The notes beneath the pieces are model-generated. The model saw only the letters and a program-made list of their open reading frames with translations. It had not been told where the DNA came from and searched no databases. A DNA stretch of 32,000 nt from Streptosporangiaceae bacterium. GTDB lineage: Bacteria; Actinomycetota; Actinomycetes; Streptosporangiales; Streptosporangiaceae. Positions within the stretch are counted from its first letter, which is position 1. Each line of letters opens with the position of its first letter. The translations under genes were made by a program, and so were the position numbers. Positions 9,614 to 18,594 of the stretch are shown here, piece after piece. Location: contig DATGGU010000179.1 of the NCBI GenBank assembly GCA_035308365.1, positions 3,139-35,138 of the forward strand, given 5' to 3'.

Positions 9614-10431
9614 GCGGTTCCGCTGTCCCCTCGGATCGGATGCCCTGCGTCCCTGATCGTAGCGGGAGCGTTCCGGCCGCCGGCCGCGGGGCCTACCGCC
9701 GCGGCCACAGGGTCCATCACATAGCCGACTCCGCGGACCGTCCGGATCCCGTTGCCCGGGCCGAGTTTCGCCCGCAACTGGGCGACGTAGACGTCCACGA
9801 TCCGGTCGGTGGCCGCGCCGTCCTCGCCCCAGACCGCGCGCCGCAGCGCCTCCCGCCTGACCGCCCGCCCGGCGCTGCGCACCAGGTAGCTGAGCACGTC
9901 AAACTCGGTGCTGGTGAGCGCGAGGTCCACGCCGTCCAGGGTGGCCCGGGCGCGGGCAGGCTCCAGCCGGAGCCGCCCCGCGGTGTGCGTGGCGCCCGGG
10001 TCCGGCGGCGCACCGGCGGCCTGGGCCGCCCGGACCAGGGTCCGCACCCGGGAGACCAGCGTCCGCGGGGCGAACGGGCGGGCCAGGCAGGCATCCTGGC
10101 CGACGCCGATGTCCTTGGGCCGCAGGCCGAGCGCGGCCCGGGGCGCCTCGCCCGCGGTCAGGCAGATCACCCGGGCGCCCGGCCGGCCGCGGACCAGTTT
10201 GCGGATCTCCCTGGCGTCGAGCCCGGGCATGGTCAGGTCGAGCACGACGGCGGCGGCGCGGCTGCCGGTGAGCGCGGCGGCGGTCTGCCCTGGGGTGCTG
10301 ACCGACTGAACCCGCAGCCCCTCCTTGACCAGGTAACGGCGGATGAGCTCGGCCACCGCGGGGTCGTGCTCGGCCACCAGGATCTCGGCTGTGCTCGATT
10401 GGCCGCAAAGACGCCCCGCGGATCCCGTCAC
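9610..10431 (-). CDS. OmpR/PhoB-family response regulator with an atypical receiver domain (orphan; no kinase in the window)
   Basis: The receiver domain is [19 protein letters not shown]...[13 protein letters not shown]...VICLTAG...DACLARPF. The winged helix is [53 protein letters not shown]...[11 protein letters not shown]. Third-position GC is high. The proposed GTG start at 10431 overlaps the upstream stop as GTGA, and the stop overlaps the trpC GTG as GTGA. Confidence 0.8.
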
Positions 10432-11156
10432 GGCTCTTCGCGGGGCGCGGCGGCGGACCCGGTCAGATCCTCGCCGCGGTCGAGCGCCTCCCACAGCGCC
10501 GCCGTGTCACCCTCGGGCGGGCTGGCCGGCGTGATCGCCGCCGCGGCTTCCCTGGGCTCGGCCACGCGGCGTTCCGGCTCGGCCACGTCGCGCTGCGGCC
10601 CGGACCGGTCGAACCTGGCCGACATGACCGGCCAGCTCCGGCCACGCCAGATGGTGATGAGACCCATCATGATCACGATGACCGCACCGCTCATCGCGGC
10701 CTGCCGCCAGGCTTGGCCGTCCCATCCGGCACTGCTGACCGTGCCGATCAGCGGCAAGCTGCCGCCGGAGGAATTCCCGCTGATGGCGGAGTTGCCGCCG
10801 GGCACCGAGCCGGCCAGCCCGCCCGGGCCGGCCTGCCCGGCGGCGGCGAGCACGTTGATCGATCCGCCGAGCACCACGGTGGTCCAGGCACCAAGGGCGG
10901 TCATGACCAGCCCGGCCGCCTGGCGGGCCAGGCCCCGGGTCGCGATGACCGCGGCCAGGCAGGCGACCGCGGCGAGCGCGAGCGCCCCGGCGGCCGGCCG
11001 GAGGCTCTGCCCGGACACCAGCAGCGACCCGGACGGCAGCGGCGCCGGGGCCTTGTAATACACCCGGGCCCAGTGCTGGTGGAGGGCGAGCAGCACCAGC
11101 CCGGCGCCCAGGAGGCATGCGAAGATCGCGCCGCCGAACTCCCTGCGCGGCCGCAC
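10428..11156 (-). CDS. Trp-operon-associated membrane protein (TIGR02234-like)
   Basis: Several hydrophobic segments, with the C-terminal ALWEALDRGEDLT motif characteristic of the membrane protein found between trpE and trpC in actinobacteria (Rv1610-like). The track ORF 10428-11546 is over-extended into hisI. The first usable start is GTG 11156, 5 nt after the hisI stop. Confidence 0.75.
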   Translation of the reverse strand: MRPRREFGGAIFACLLGAGLVLLALHQHWARVYYKAPAPLPSGSLLVSGQSLRPAAGALALAAVACLAAVIATRGLARQAAGLVMTALGAWTTVVLGGSINVLAAAGQAGPGGLAGSVPGGNSAISGNSSGGSLPLIGTVSSAGWDGQAWRQAAMSGAVIVIMMGLITIWRGRSWPVMSARFDRSGPQRDVAEPERRVAEPREAAAAITPASPPEGDTAALWEALDRGEDLTGSAAAPREEP

Positions 11157-11161
11157 GCCGG

Positions 11162-11536
11162 CTACATTCCCCGCGCGGCCAGCGGGAGCACGCCGGTGTC
11201 GAAGCAGGTCCGGTCGCCGGTGTGGCAGGCGCCGCCGGCCTGGTCCACCTTGACCAGCACGGTGTCGCCGTCGCAGTCCAGCGCCACAGATATCACCCGC
11301 TGCCCGTTCCCGGAGGTGGCGCCCTTGACCCAGTACTCCTGCCGGCTGCGCGACCAGTAGGTGCACAGCCCGGTGGTCAGGGTGCGGTGCAGCGCCTCGT
11401 CGTCCATCCAGGCGAGCATCAGCACCTCGCCGGTGTCGTACTGCTGCGCGATGGCGGGAAACAGCCCGGCCGCATCCCGCTTGAGCCGCGCGGCGATCTC
11501 GGGGTCCAGCCGTGACGGGCGAATGACGCTGGTCAC
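11162..11536 (-). CDS. hisI: phosphoribosyl-AMP cyclohydrolase
   Basis: 124 aa with [43 protein letters not shown]...[26 protein letters not shown]. The GTG start is preceded by GAGGAG. Confidence 0.93.
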
Positions 11537-11666
11537 GTGTGCTCACTCCTCTGCCGTTTGAAAAAGCATAGGACCTGAACGATGCCCGCCATCCCGGTGG
11601 TCACCGCGGACCGGTCGCGGGGGGCGCCCATTCCCCTGGCGGGCGCCGGCCCCTACTCTCTGTGCA

Positions 11667-12314
11667 ATGACGTACTCCCGGGATGAGCGACTCGCGCTGT
11701 GCGCCGCGCTCGATGAGGCCGGCCCGGACGCGCCAACCCTGTGTGATGGCTGGGCCACCCGTGACCTCGCCGCCCATCTGGTGCTGCGCGAACACCGCCC
11801 GGACGCCGCCGCTGGAATGCTGGGCGGCCCGCTGGCCAAGCACACCCAGCGGGTCCAGCAGGGGATCGCCGAGCGGACCCCCTACCCGCGGCTGGTCCAG
11901 ATCGTCCGGGACGGGCCGCCGAGGCTGTCGTTCTTCGGGCTGCCCGGCATGGACGCGCGGGCCAACCTGGTCGAGTACTTCGTGCACCACGAGGACGTGC
12001 GGCGCGGCGCGCCCGGCTGGGAACCGCGCGAACTCGGCGCGGGCCTGGCCGAGGCGCTGTGGTCCCGGCTGGGCATGACCCGGCTGATCCTGCGCCGGGT
12101 GCCGGTCGGCATCGAGTTCGCCAGGGACGACGTGGCGGACGGCCAGACGCGGCACCGGATGACGATCAAGACGGCCACCCCGGTGGTCACCGTGATCGGG
12201 CCGCCCGCCGAGCTGACCCTGTGGGCCCTGGGCCGCACCGGCGCCGCCCACGTCCGGCTGGACGGCGCCGAATCGGCCATCCAGAAGGTGACCGCGTCCA
12301 ACTGGCGGCTATAG
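11667..12314 (+). CDS. TIGR03085-like / mycothiol maleylpyruvate isomerase N-terminal (DinB-like) domain protein
   Basis: 215 aa with ERLALCAALDEAGPDAPTLCDGWATRDLAAHLVLRE...VEYFVHHEDVRR, the pattern typical of this actinobacterial family. Confidence 0.75.
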   Translation: MTYSRDERLALCAALDEAGPDAPTLCDGWATRDLAAHLVLREHRPDAAAGMLGGPLAKHTQRVQQGIAERTPYPRLVQIVRDGPPRLSFFGLPGMDARANLVEYFVHHEDVRRGAPGWEPRELGAGLAEALWSRLGMTRLILRRVPVGIEFARDDVADGQTRHRMTIKTATPVVTVIGPPAELTLWALGRTGAAHVRLDGAESAIQKVTASNWRL

Positions 12315-12325
12315 GGCTGGCGCCC

Positions 12326-13645
12326 TCATGGGCTCAGCCGGTGGATGTCGCGCGGGAACAGGGTGGCGCTGCGGACGTTGGCGGCGCCGGTGAGCCGGGA
12401 GGTCCAGCGTTCCAGGCCCATCGCGAAGCCGCCGTGCGGTGGCATGCCCGCGGCGAAGACGCCCAGGTAGCCGGCGTAGGGCCCGGGGTCCTCGCCGCGC
12501 TGGGCGAGCGCGGCCAGGTAGTCCTCGTGCCGGTGCAGCCGCTGGCCGCCGGTGACGATCTCCAGGCCGCGCAGCAGCAGGTCGAAGCTGTTGGAGTAGC
12601 CGGGGCGGCCGGGCTCGGGGTGGGTGTAGAACGGGCGCTTGGCCATCGGGTAGCCGGTGACGTAGAGGAACTCCGAGCCGTGCTCACGGACCGCCCAGTC
12701 CGACAGCCAGCGTTCGTGCGCCGGGGCCAGGTCCGGCTCGCCGCGCGGGTCTTCGCCCGTTTCCCTGGCCATCAGCTCCTGGGCCTCGGCGATGTGGATC
12801 TCGGGGATCCGGGCCGGCACCTCGGGCAGCTTGGCGCCGAGCAGTTCGATCGCGGCGCTGGCCCGGTCAGAGATGGTGGCCACCATGCCCGCCGTGACCT
12901 CGGTGAGCACCGCCATCACGTCGTGGTGGTCCTCGATGAACCCGAACTCGGCGTCCAGGCTGAGATACTGAGCCAGGTGGCGGGCGGTGTCGTGCGGCTC
13001 GGCCCGGAAGGCGGGGGCGGTCTCGTAGACCCGCTCGAACACGCCCACCATGGCCTGCTTGTAGAACTGTGGCGACTGGGCCAGGTAGGCCCGCTGGCCG
13101 AAGTAGTCGATGCCGAACACGTTCGCCCCGGACTCGGTCGCCGACCGCACGATCTTGGGTGTGCTTATCTCGGTGAAGCCGAGCCCGTCCAGCGTGGCCC
13201 GGAACCCGGCGACGGCGGCCGCGCTGATCTCGAACGGCGCGCGCAGCAGCGGGTGCCGCAGGCTGGCCGGAGCGTTGTCCAGGATGGTGGGCAGGCTGGC
13301 GGTGACCGTGGGCCGGTACAGGTCGAACGGCGGCCGGGCCGCCGGGCCCGACAGCGGCGTGATCACCGGCCGGACCAGCTCCGCCCCGCCGGGCGCCTGG
13401 TCGCTGGCGGCCACCGTGCCGGTGACGGACAGGACGGTTTCCTCGGCGAACCCGGCCGCCGCCGCTATCTCGTCCGGAGCGGCCAGGACCACCTGGGCCA
13501 GGCCGGACCGGTCGCGGATGACCAGGAACGTCATGGACTTGAGCGGCCGGCGGCGGTGCAGCCAGCCAGCGATGCGGATCCGCTCACCGGCGTGCGCGGG
13601 CACGTCGGCGGCCATGACACGGACAGCAGGGACACGAGAGATCAT
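12326..13645 (-). CDS. aspS: aspartate--tRNA ligase, archaeal/type-2 (about 439 aa)
   Basis: Class IIb features: an OB-fold N-terminus (IRIAGWLHRRRPLKSMTFLVIRDRSGLAQVVL), the Asp-specific LAQSPQFYKQ, FRAEPHDTARHLAQYLSLDAEFGF, and C-terminal GMPPHGGFAMGLERW...LFPRDIHRLSP. ATG 13645 is preceded by GGGAAGGAG. The track ORF is over-extended to 13783. Confidence 0.88.
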   Translation of the reverse strand: MISRVPAVRVMAADVPAHAGERIRIAGWLHRRRPLKSMTFLVIRDRSGLAQVVLAAPDEIAAAAGFAEETVLSVTGTVAASDQAPGGAELVRPVITPLSGPAARPPFDLYRPTVTASLPTILDNAPASLRHPLLRAPFEISAAAVAGFRATLDGLGFTEISTPKIVRSATESGANVFGIDYFGQRAYLAQSPQFYKQAMVGVFERVYETAPAFRAEPHDTARHLAQYLSLDAEFGFIEDHHDVMAVLTEVTAGMVATISDRASAAIELLGAKLPEVPARIPEIHIAEAQELMARETGEDPRGEPDLAPAHERWLSDWAVREHGSEFLYVTGYPMAKRPFYTHPEPGRPGYSNSFDLLLRGLEIVTGGQRLHRHEDYLAALAQRGEDPGPYAGYLGVFAAGMPPHGGFAMGLERWTSRLTGAANVRSATLFPRDIHRLSP

Positions 13646-13840
13646 CGCACTCCTTCCCGGGATGCCTGATCCCCTCGGAGTGCGGGCGAGAAGGGAGACT
13701 CGCTGTGCCACCGCACCTTCGCCGCCGCCTGGCTGGCAAGCGGCCTCTGCGGGCCCGGTGACGGGGGCTAACCGGCGGGGCATGGGGCAGGCCGCTGGCC
13801 GCGGCCGCCGTTCCTCCCCGCACTCGGGAGGGTCTTCGCC
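13646..13840 (-). promoter_or_regulatory. candidate T-box riboswitch leader (translational) of type-2 aspS
   Basis: Minus-strand RNA elements:
- A1 5' strand GGUGCGG (13717-13711).
- 7-nt bulge UGGCACA (13710-13704).
- A2 hairpin GCGAG-UCUCCCUU-CUCGC (13703-13686).
- A1 3' strand CCGCACU (13685-13679).
- Competing helix CGCACUCC (13684-13677) pairing with GGAGUGCG (13653-13646). This helix covers the SD sequence and abuts the AUG.

Upstream blocks shared with the ileS T-box in this window are codon-hairpin-GAACGG (GAC at 13834-13832, GAACGG at 13813-13808) and CCCGUCAC (13765-13758). Confidence 0.55.
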
Positions 13841-13974
13841 ACAGGGCGCGAGTCCGCCTTCACAGCTCCCGGCGGCTCTCTGTGTTCGGATGAACAGTGC
13901 TCGCGTGCTCCTGCGCTACTCGTCTCCGTCAGCGCGTTACCATCCAGGATACTGGCACGGGAGGAGAAGCTTTC

Positions 13975-14760
13975 ATGCACGCACTCGGCGTTGACATCGG
14001 CGGTACCGGGATCAAGGCCGCTCCGGTGGACGTGGCGGCGGGCAAGCTGCTGGAGGCGCGGCAGAAGATCGCCACCCCGCACCCGGCGACCCCGCAGGCG
14101 GTCGCGGACGTGGTGACCCAGCTGGTCAAGGCGTTCGGCTGGTCCGGGCCGGTGGGCATCACGTTCCCCGGCGTGGTCGTGGACGGCGTCACCCGGACCG
14201 CGGCCAACGTGGACCACGGCTGGATCGGCCTGGACGCGCGGTCGCTGCTGGCCAAGGCCACCGGCCAGGACGTCAGCGTGATCAACGACGCGGACGCCGC
14301 CGGGATGGCGGAGATGGAGTTCGGCGCGGGCAAGAACGTGGCCAGCACCGTGCTCATGCTGACACTGGGCACCGGGATCGGCAGTGCGCTGTTCATCGAC
14401 GGCATCCTGGTGCCGAACACCGAGTTCGGCCACATCGAGATCCGGGGCAAGGACGCGGAGAAGCGGGCGTCCGAGATCGTCCGGGAGACGCACGACCTGA
14501 GCTGGGGCAAGTGGGCGGGCCGGGTGGATGAGTACCTGCGGCACATGGAGGCGCTGCTGTCGCCCAGCCTGTTCATCATCGGCGGCGGGATCAGCAAGGA
14601 GTCGAAGAAGTTCTTTCCGCTGCTGACCGGGATCAAGGCGCGGATCGAGCCCGCGCACCTGCTCAACGATGCCGGGATCGTCGGCGCGGCCATGCACGCG
14701 CATCCCGGATACACCCGGTACAAGCGCGGCGGCGGGAACGAGACCGCCAGCGCGGGCTGA
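13975..14760 (+). CDS. ppgK: polyphosphate glucokinase (ROK family)
   Basis: MHALGVDIGGTGIKAAPVD... The SD sequence GGGAGGAG lies at 13959-13966. The sequence is ROK/PPGK-like throughout (EFGHIEIRGKDAEKRAS). Confidence 0.88.
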   Translation: MHALGVDIGGTGIKAAPVDVAAGKLLEARQKIATPHPATPQAVADVVTQLVKAFGWSGPVGITFPGVVVDGVTRTAANVDHGWIGLDARSLLAKATGQDVSVINDADAAGMAEMEFGAGKNVASTVLMLTLGTGIGSALFIDGILVPNTEFGHIEIRGKDAEKRASEIVRETHDLSWGKWAGRVDEYLRHMEALLSPSLFIIGGGISKESKKFFPLLTGIKARIEPAHLLNDAGIVGAAMHAHPGYTRYKRGGGNETASAG

Positions 14761-14766
14761 CGGGTT

Positions 14767-15528
14767 CTACCTGACGGTGTGGCCGGCCGCGCGCAGCGCG
14801 GCCTTGACCTCGCCGATGCGGACCAGGCCGAAGTGGAAGACGCTGGCGGCAAGCACGGCGTCGGCGCCAGCCTCGACGGCCGGCGGGAAGTCGGCGGCGC
14901 GGCCTGCGCCGCCGCTGGCGATCACCGGCACGTCCACGGCCTGCCGGACCGCCCGGATCAGCTCCAGGTCGAAACCGGCCGCGGTGCCGTCGGCGTCCAT
15001 CGAGTTCAGCAGGATCTCACCGGCGCCGAGTGCGGCGCCGCGGCGGGCCCACTGGACGGCGTCGATGCCGGTGCCCCGGCGGCCGCCGTGCGTGGTCACC
15101 TCGAACCCGGATCCGGTGCCCGCCGTGCGGCGGGCGTCCACCGACAGCACCATGCACTGGCGGCCGAACCGCCGGGCCGCCTCGGCCAGCAGTTCGGGCC
15201 TGGCCACGGCCGCGGTGTTCAGCGAGACCTTGTCGGCGCCGGCCCGCAGCAGCCGGTCCACATCGTCCACGCCGCGCACCCCGCCGCCCACCGTCAGCGG
15301 GATGAACACCTGCCCGGCCGTGCGGCTGACCACGTCGTAGCTGGTCTGCCGGCCGGCGCTGGACGCGGTGATGTCCAGGAAGGTCAGCTCGTCCGCGCCC
15401 TCCGCGTCGTAGGCGGCGGCCAGCTCGACCGGGTCGCCGGCGTCGCGCAGATCGCGGAAGTTCACCCCCTTGACCACCCGGCCGGCGTCAACGTCAAGAC
15501 ACGGGATCACCCGGACCGCGACGGTCAC
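14767..15528 (-). CDS. hisF: imidazole glycerol phosphate synthase cyclase subunit
   Basis: [37 protein letters not shown]...PVIASGGAG. The GTG start at 15528 follows GAGGA. The track ORF is over-extended into hisA. Confidence 0.93.
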
Positions 15529-15562
15529 GGTGCCGTCCTCGCCGGCCGGTCCTGGAGAATCC

Positions 15563-16285
15563 TCACGGGGCCACCGCGCCGAGGGCTTCTTCCAGGGTGA
15601 ACTTCCCGGCGTAGAGGGCCTTGCCGACGATGGCGCCCTCAACGCCGAGGGGGGCCAGCGTGGCGACCTCGCGCAGGTCGCCGAGGCTGGCCACTCCCCC
15701 GCTGGCGACGACCGGGCGTCTGGTATGCGCACAGACCAGGCGCAGCAGACCGGTGTTGCAGCCGGTCAGCGTGCCATCCCTGGCCACGTCGGTGACCACG
15801 TACCGGGGGCAGCCCTCGGCCTCCAGCCGGGCCAGCACCTCGAGCAGTTCGCCGCCCTCGGCGGTCCAGCCGCGGGCGGCCAGCCGGGTGCCGCGGACGT
15901 CCAGGCCGACGGCGATCTTGTCGCCGTGCCTCGCGATGATCTCCCGCACCCAGTCCGGCCGCTCCAGCGCCGCGGTGCCGATGTTCACCCGGGCGCAGCC
16001 GGTGGCCAGGGCGGCCGCCAGCGAATCGTCGTCGCGGATGCCGCCGGACAGCTCGACCGCGATGTCGAGCTTGCCCACCACCTCGGCCAGCAGCCCGGCG
16101 TTGGAGCCGCGGCCGAACGCGGCGTCCAGGTCGACCAGGTGTACCCAGCTCGCCCCGCCACGCTGCCATGCCAGCGCGGCCTCCACCGGGTTGCCGTAGC
16201 TGGTCTGTGACCCCGCCTCGCCGCGGACCAGGCGCACCGCCTGGCCGCCGGCGACGTCCACGGCGGGCAGCAGGGTGAAGCTCAT
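15563..16285 (-). CDS. hisA: ProFAR isomerase, actinobacterial PriA type (HisA/TrpF dual-substrate family)
   Basis: [33 protein letters not shown]... The ATG overlaps the hisH stop as ATGA (16282-16285). The dual-function assignment is inferred from the family and from the absence of trpF in the trp cluster. Confidence 0.9.
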
Positions 16286-16917
16286 GTCAGCGTCTCCAGC
16301 CAGTTGGCCAGCAGCGTGGCGCCGGCGTCGCCGGACTTCTCCGGGTGGAACTGGGTCGCCCACAGCGGCCCGTGCTCGGCCGCGGCGATGAACGGCTCGC
16401 CGTGCTCGGCCCAGCTCAGCAGCGGCCCCGGCAGCCTGGCCGCGGGCTCCCAGGGGCAGGAGGTCGCGGCGTAGGAGTGCACGAAGTAGAACCGGGTACC
16501 CGGGTCCAGGCCCGCCAGCAGCGCCGAGCCCGCGGCCGGGGTGACGGTGTTCCAGCCCATGTGCGGCAGCACCGGCGCCTTCAGGCGGCCGACCGTGCCG
16601 GGCCACTCGCCGATGCCCTGGGTCCGCACGCCGTGCTCGTCGCCGGTCTCGAACAGCACCTGCATGCCGACACAGATGCCGAGCACCGGCCGCGCCCCGG
16701 CCAGCCGGCGGTCGATGATCATGTCACCGCGGACCGCGCGCAGCCCGGCCATGCAGGCGGCGAACGCGCCGACGCCGGGCACGACCAGGCCGTCGCAGTT
16801 CATCGCCTCGCCGAACGCGGCGGTGACCGTGACCTGCGCGCCGGCCCGCTCCAGCGCCCGCTGGGCGGACCGCAGGTTGCCCGAGCCGTGATCGAGGACG
16901 ACGACCCTGGGCTTCAC
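16282..16917 (-). CDS. hisH: imidazole glycerol phosphate synthase glutaminase subunit
   Basis: [25 protein letters not shown]...GVGAF...ICVGMQVLF...HSY (class I amidotransferase triad context). The GTG start overlaps the hisB stop as GTGA. Confidence 0.93.
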
Positions 16918-17507
16918 AGAACCCCTTTGGTGCTGGGCACGCCGCCGGCCCGCGGGTCCGGGGCGGCGGCGGCGCGCAGCGCCCGGGCCACGGCCTTGAA
17001 CTGCGCCTCCACGATGTGGTGGGGGTTACGCCCGGACAGCACGAGCACGTGGATGCAGATCCCGGCGACGCTGCCGAGCGTCTCGAAGAAATGCCTGGTC
17101 AGCGTCGTGTCATAGGTGCCGATCAGGGGCGGCATGGCGTCCGGCTCCTGGTGCACCACATACGGCCGCCCGGACAGGTCCACCGCGGCCTGCACCAGCG
17201 CCTCGTCCAGCGGCACGAGCGCGTTGCCGAACCGGGTGATCCCCGACTTGTCGCCGAGCGCCTGGCGCAGCGCCTCACCGAGCACGATCGCGGTGTCCTC
17301 CACCGTGTGGTGCGCGTCCACCTCGATGTCGCCGCTGGCCCGCACGCTCAGGTCCAGGCTGCCGTGCCTGCCGAGCTGGGCCAGCATGTGGTCGAAGAAC
17401 GGCACCCGGGTGGCGACGTCAACCACCCCGATCCCGTCCAGGTCGAGCTCAACCAGCACCTGGGTCTCGTTGGTGAGGCGCTCCACCCGCGCCACCCGGT
17501 TGTTCAC
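16914..17507 (-). CDS. hisB: imidazoleglycerol-phosphate dehydratase
   Basis: [25 protein letters not shown]...[17 protein letters not shown]...[15 protein letters not shown]. The GTG start at 17507 overlaps the hisC stop as GTGA. Confidence 0.92.
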
Positions 17508-18589
17508 CGCCCGGTCCTGGGGGTGTCGAGCACCGCGCTGAGTGCGGTGCGGAACACGGTCATCTCGTCCGGCGTGCCGATGCTCACCCGCAGCCACCCC
17601 GGCGGGCCGGTCTCGCGGATCAGCACCCCCCGGTCGAGCAGTCCCTGCCAGACGGCGTGCCGGTCGGCCAGGCCGCCGAACATGACGAAGTTGGCGTCCG
17701 ACTCGGCCACCCGCAGCCCGAGACCGCGCAGCCAGTCCGCGGTCCGGTCGCGTTCGGCGCGCAACTGCGCCACACATTCGAGCAGCTCACCGGACCGGCG
17801 CAGCGCGGCCCTGGCGGCCGCCTGGGTCAGCGCGGACAGATGGTAGGGCAGCCGGACGACAAGCAGGGCGCCGATCACCCTGGGGTCCGCGGCCAGGTAG
17901 CCGACCCTGGCGCCGGCCAGCGCGAACGCCTTGGACATGGTCCGGGTGACCACGAGCCGCGGGTAGCCGGGCAGCAGTTCCAGGGCACTGCGGGTGCCCG
18001 GCCGGGCGAACTCGGCGTAGGCCTCGTCCACCACGACCATGCCGGGCGCGGCCGCGCAGACCGCCTCGATCACCTCCAGCGGCAGCGCGGTTCCGGTGGG
18101 GTTGTTCGGCGAGGTGAGGAACACCAGGCCGGGCGCGGCCTCGCGGACCCGCCCGGCGGCGTAATCGGCGTCCAGCCGGAAGTCGCCGGGCCGGCCGGCG
18201 TTCAGCCAGGCGGTGCCGGTGATCCGGGCGATCAGCGGGTGCATCGAGTAGGACGGCTCGAAGCCGAGCGCGGTGCGGCCGTGCCCGCCGAACGCCTGCA
18301 GCAGCTGCTGAAGGATCTCGTTGGACCCGTTGGCCGCCCAGACCTGCCGCCAGGTCAGCCCGTGCCCGAGATAGCCGGCCAGGCCGGCCCGCAGCTCGGT
18401 CGCGTCCCGGTCCGGGTAGCGGTTCAGCGAGGCCGCGGCGCCGGCCGCCGCCTCGGCGATCTCCCCGACCAGCGCCTCCGGCGGCGGGTAGGGGTTCTCG
18501 TTGGTGTTCAGCCGGACCGGCACGTCCAGCTGCGGTGCGCCGTAGGGTTCGAGCCCGGCCAGCTCAGGGCGCAGCGGCAGGGTGTCCAT
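17504..18589 (-). CDS. hisC: histidinol-phosphate aminotransferase
   Basis: [37 protein letters not shown]...[17 protein letters not shown] (PLP lysine). The start is ATG 18589. An alternative GTG at 18598 would overlap the hisD stop as GTGA. Confidence 0.92.
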
Positions 18590-18594
18590 GGGGG

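Noticed and set aside
10428-11546. A 372-aa track ORF suggesting a large protein spanning hisI.
   Set aside because: Its first 130 codons or so overlap hisI in another frame and are Arg/Ala-rich junk. The membrane-protein signal starts near 11156, directly after the hisI stop.
11596-11609. GGTGGTCACCGCGG on the plus strand, upstream of the TIGR03085 gene; resembles the T-box core GGUGGUACCGCG.
   Set aside because: It has an extra base relative to the consensus. I could not build a contiguous A1/bulge/A2 arrangement or a sequestrator around it. The downstream gene is not an aminoacyl-tRNA synthetase or an amino-acid biosynthesis or transport gene. It is most likely a chance palindromic GC-rich sequence (CCGCGGTGACCACCGGG).
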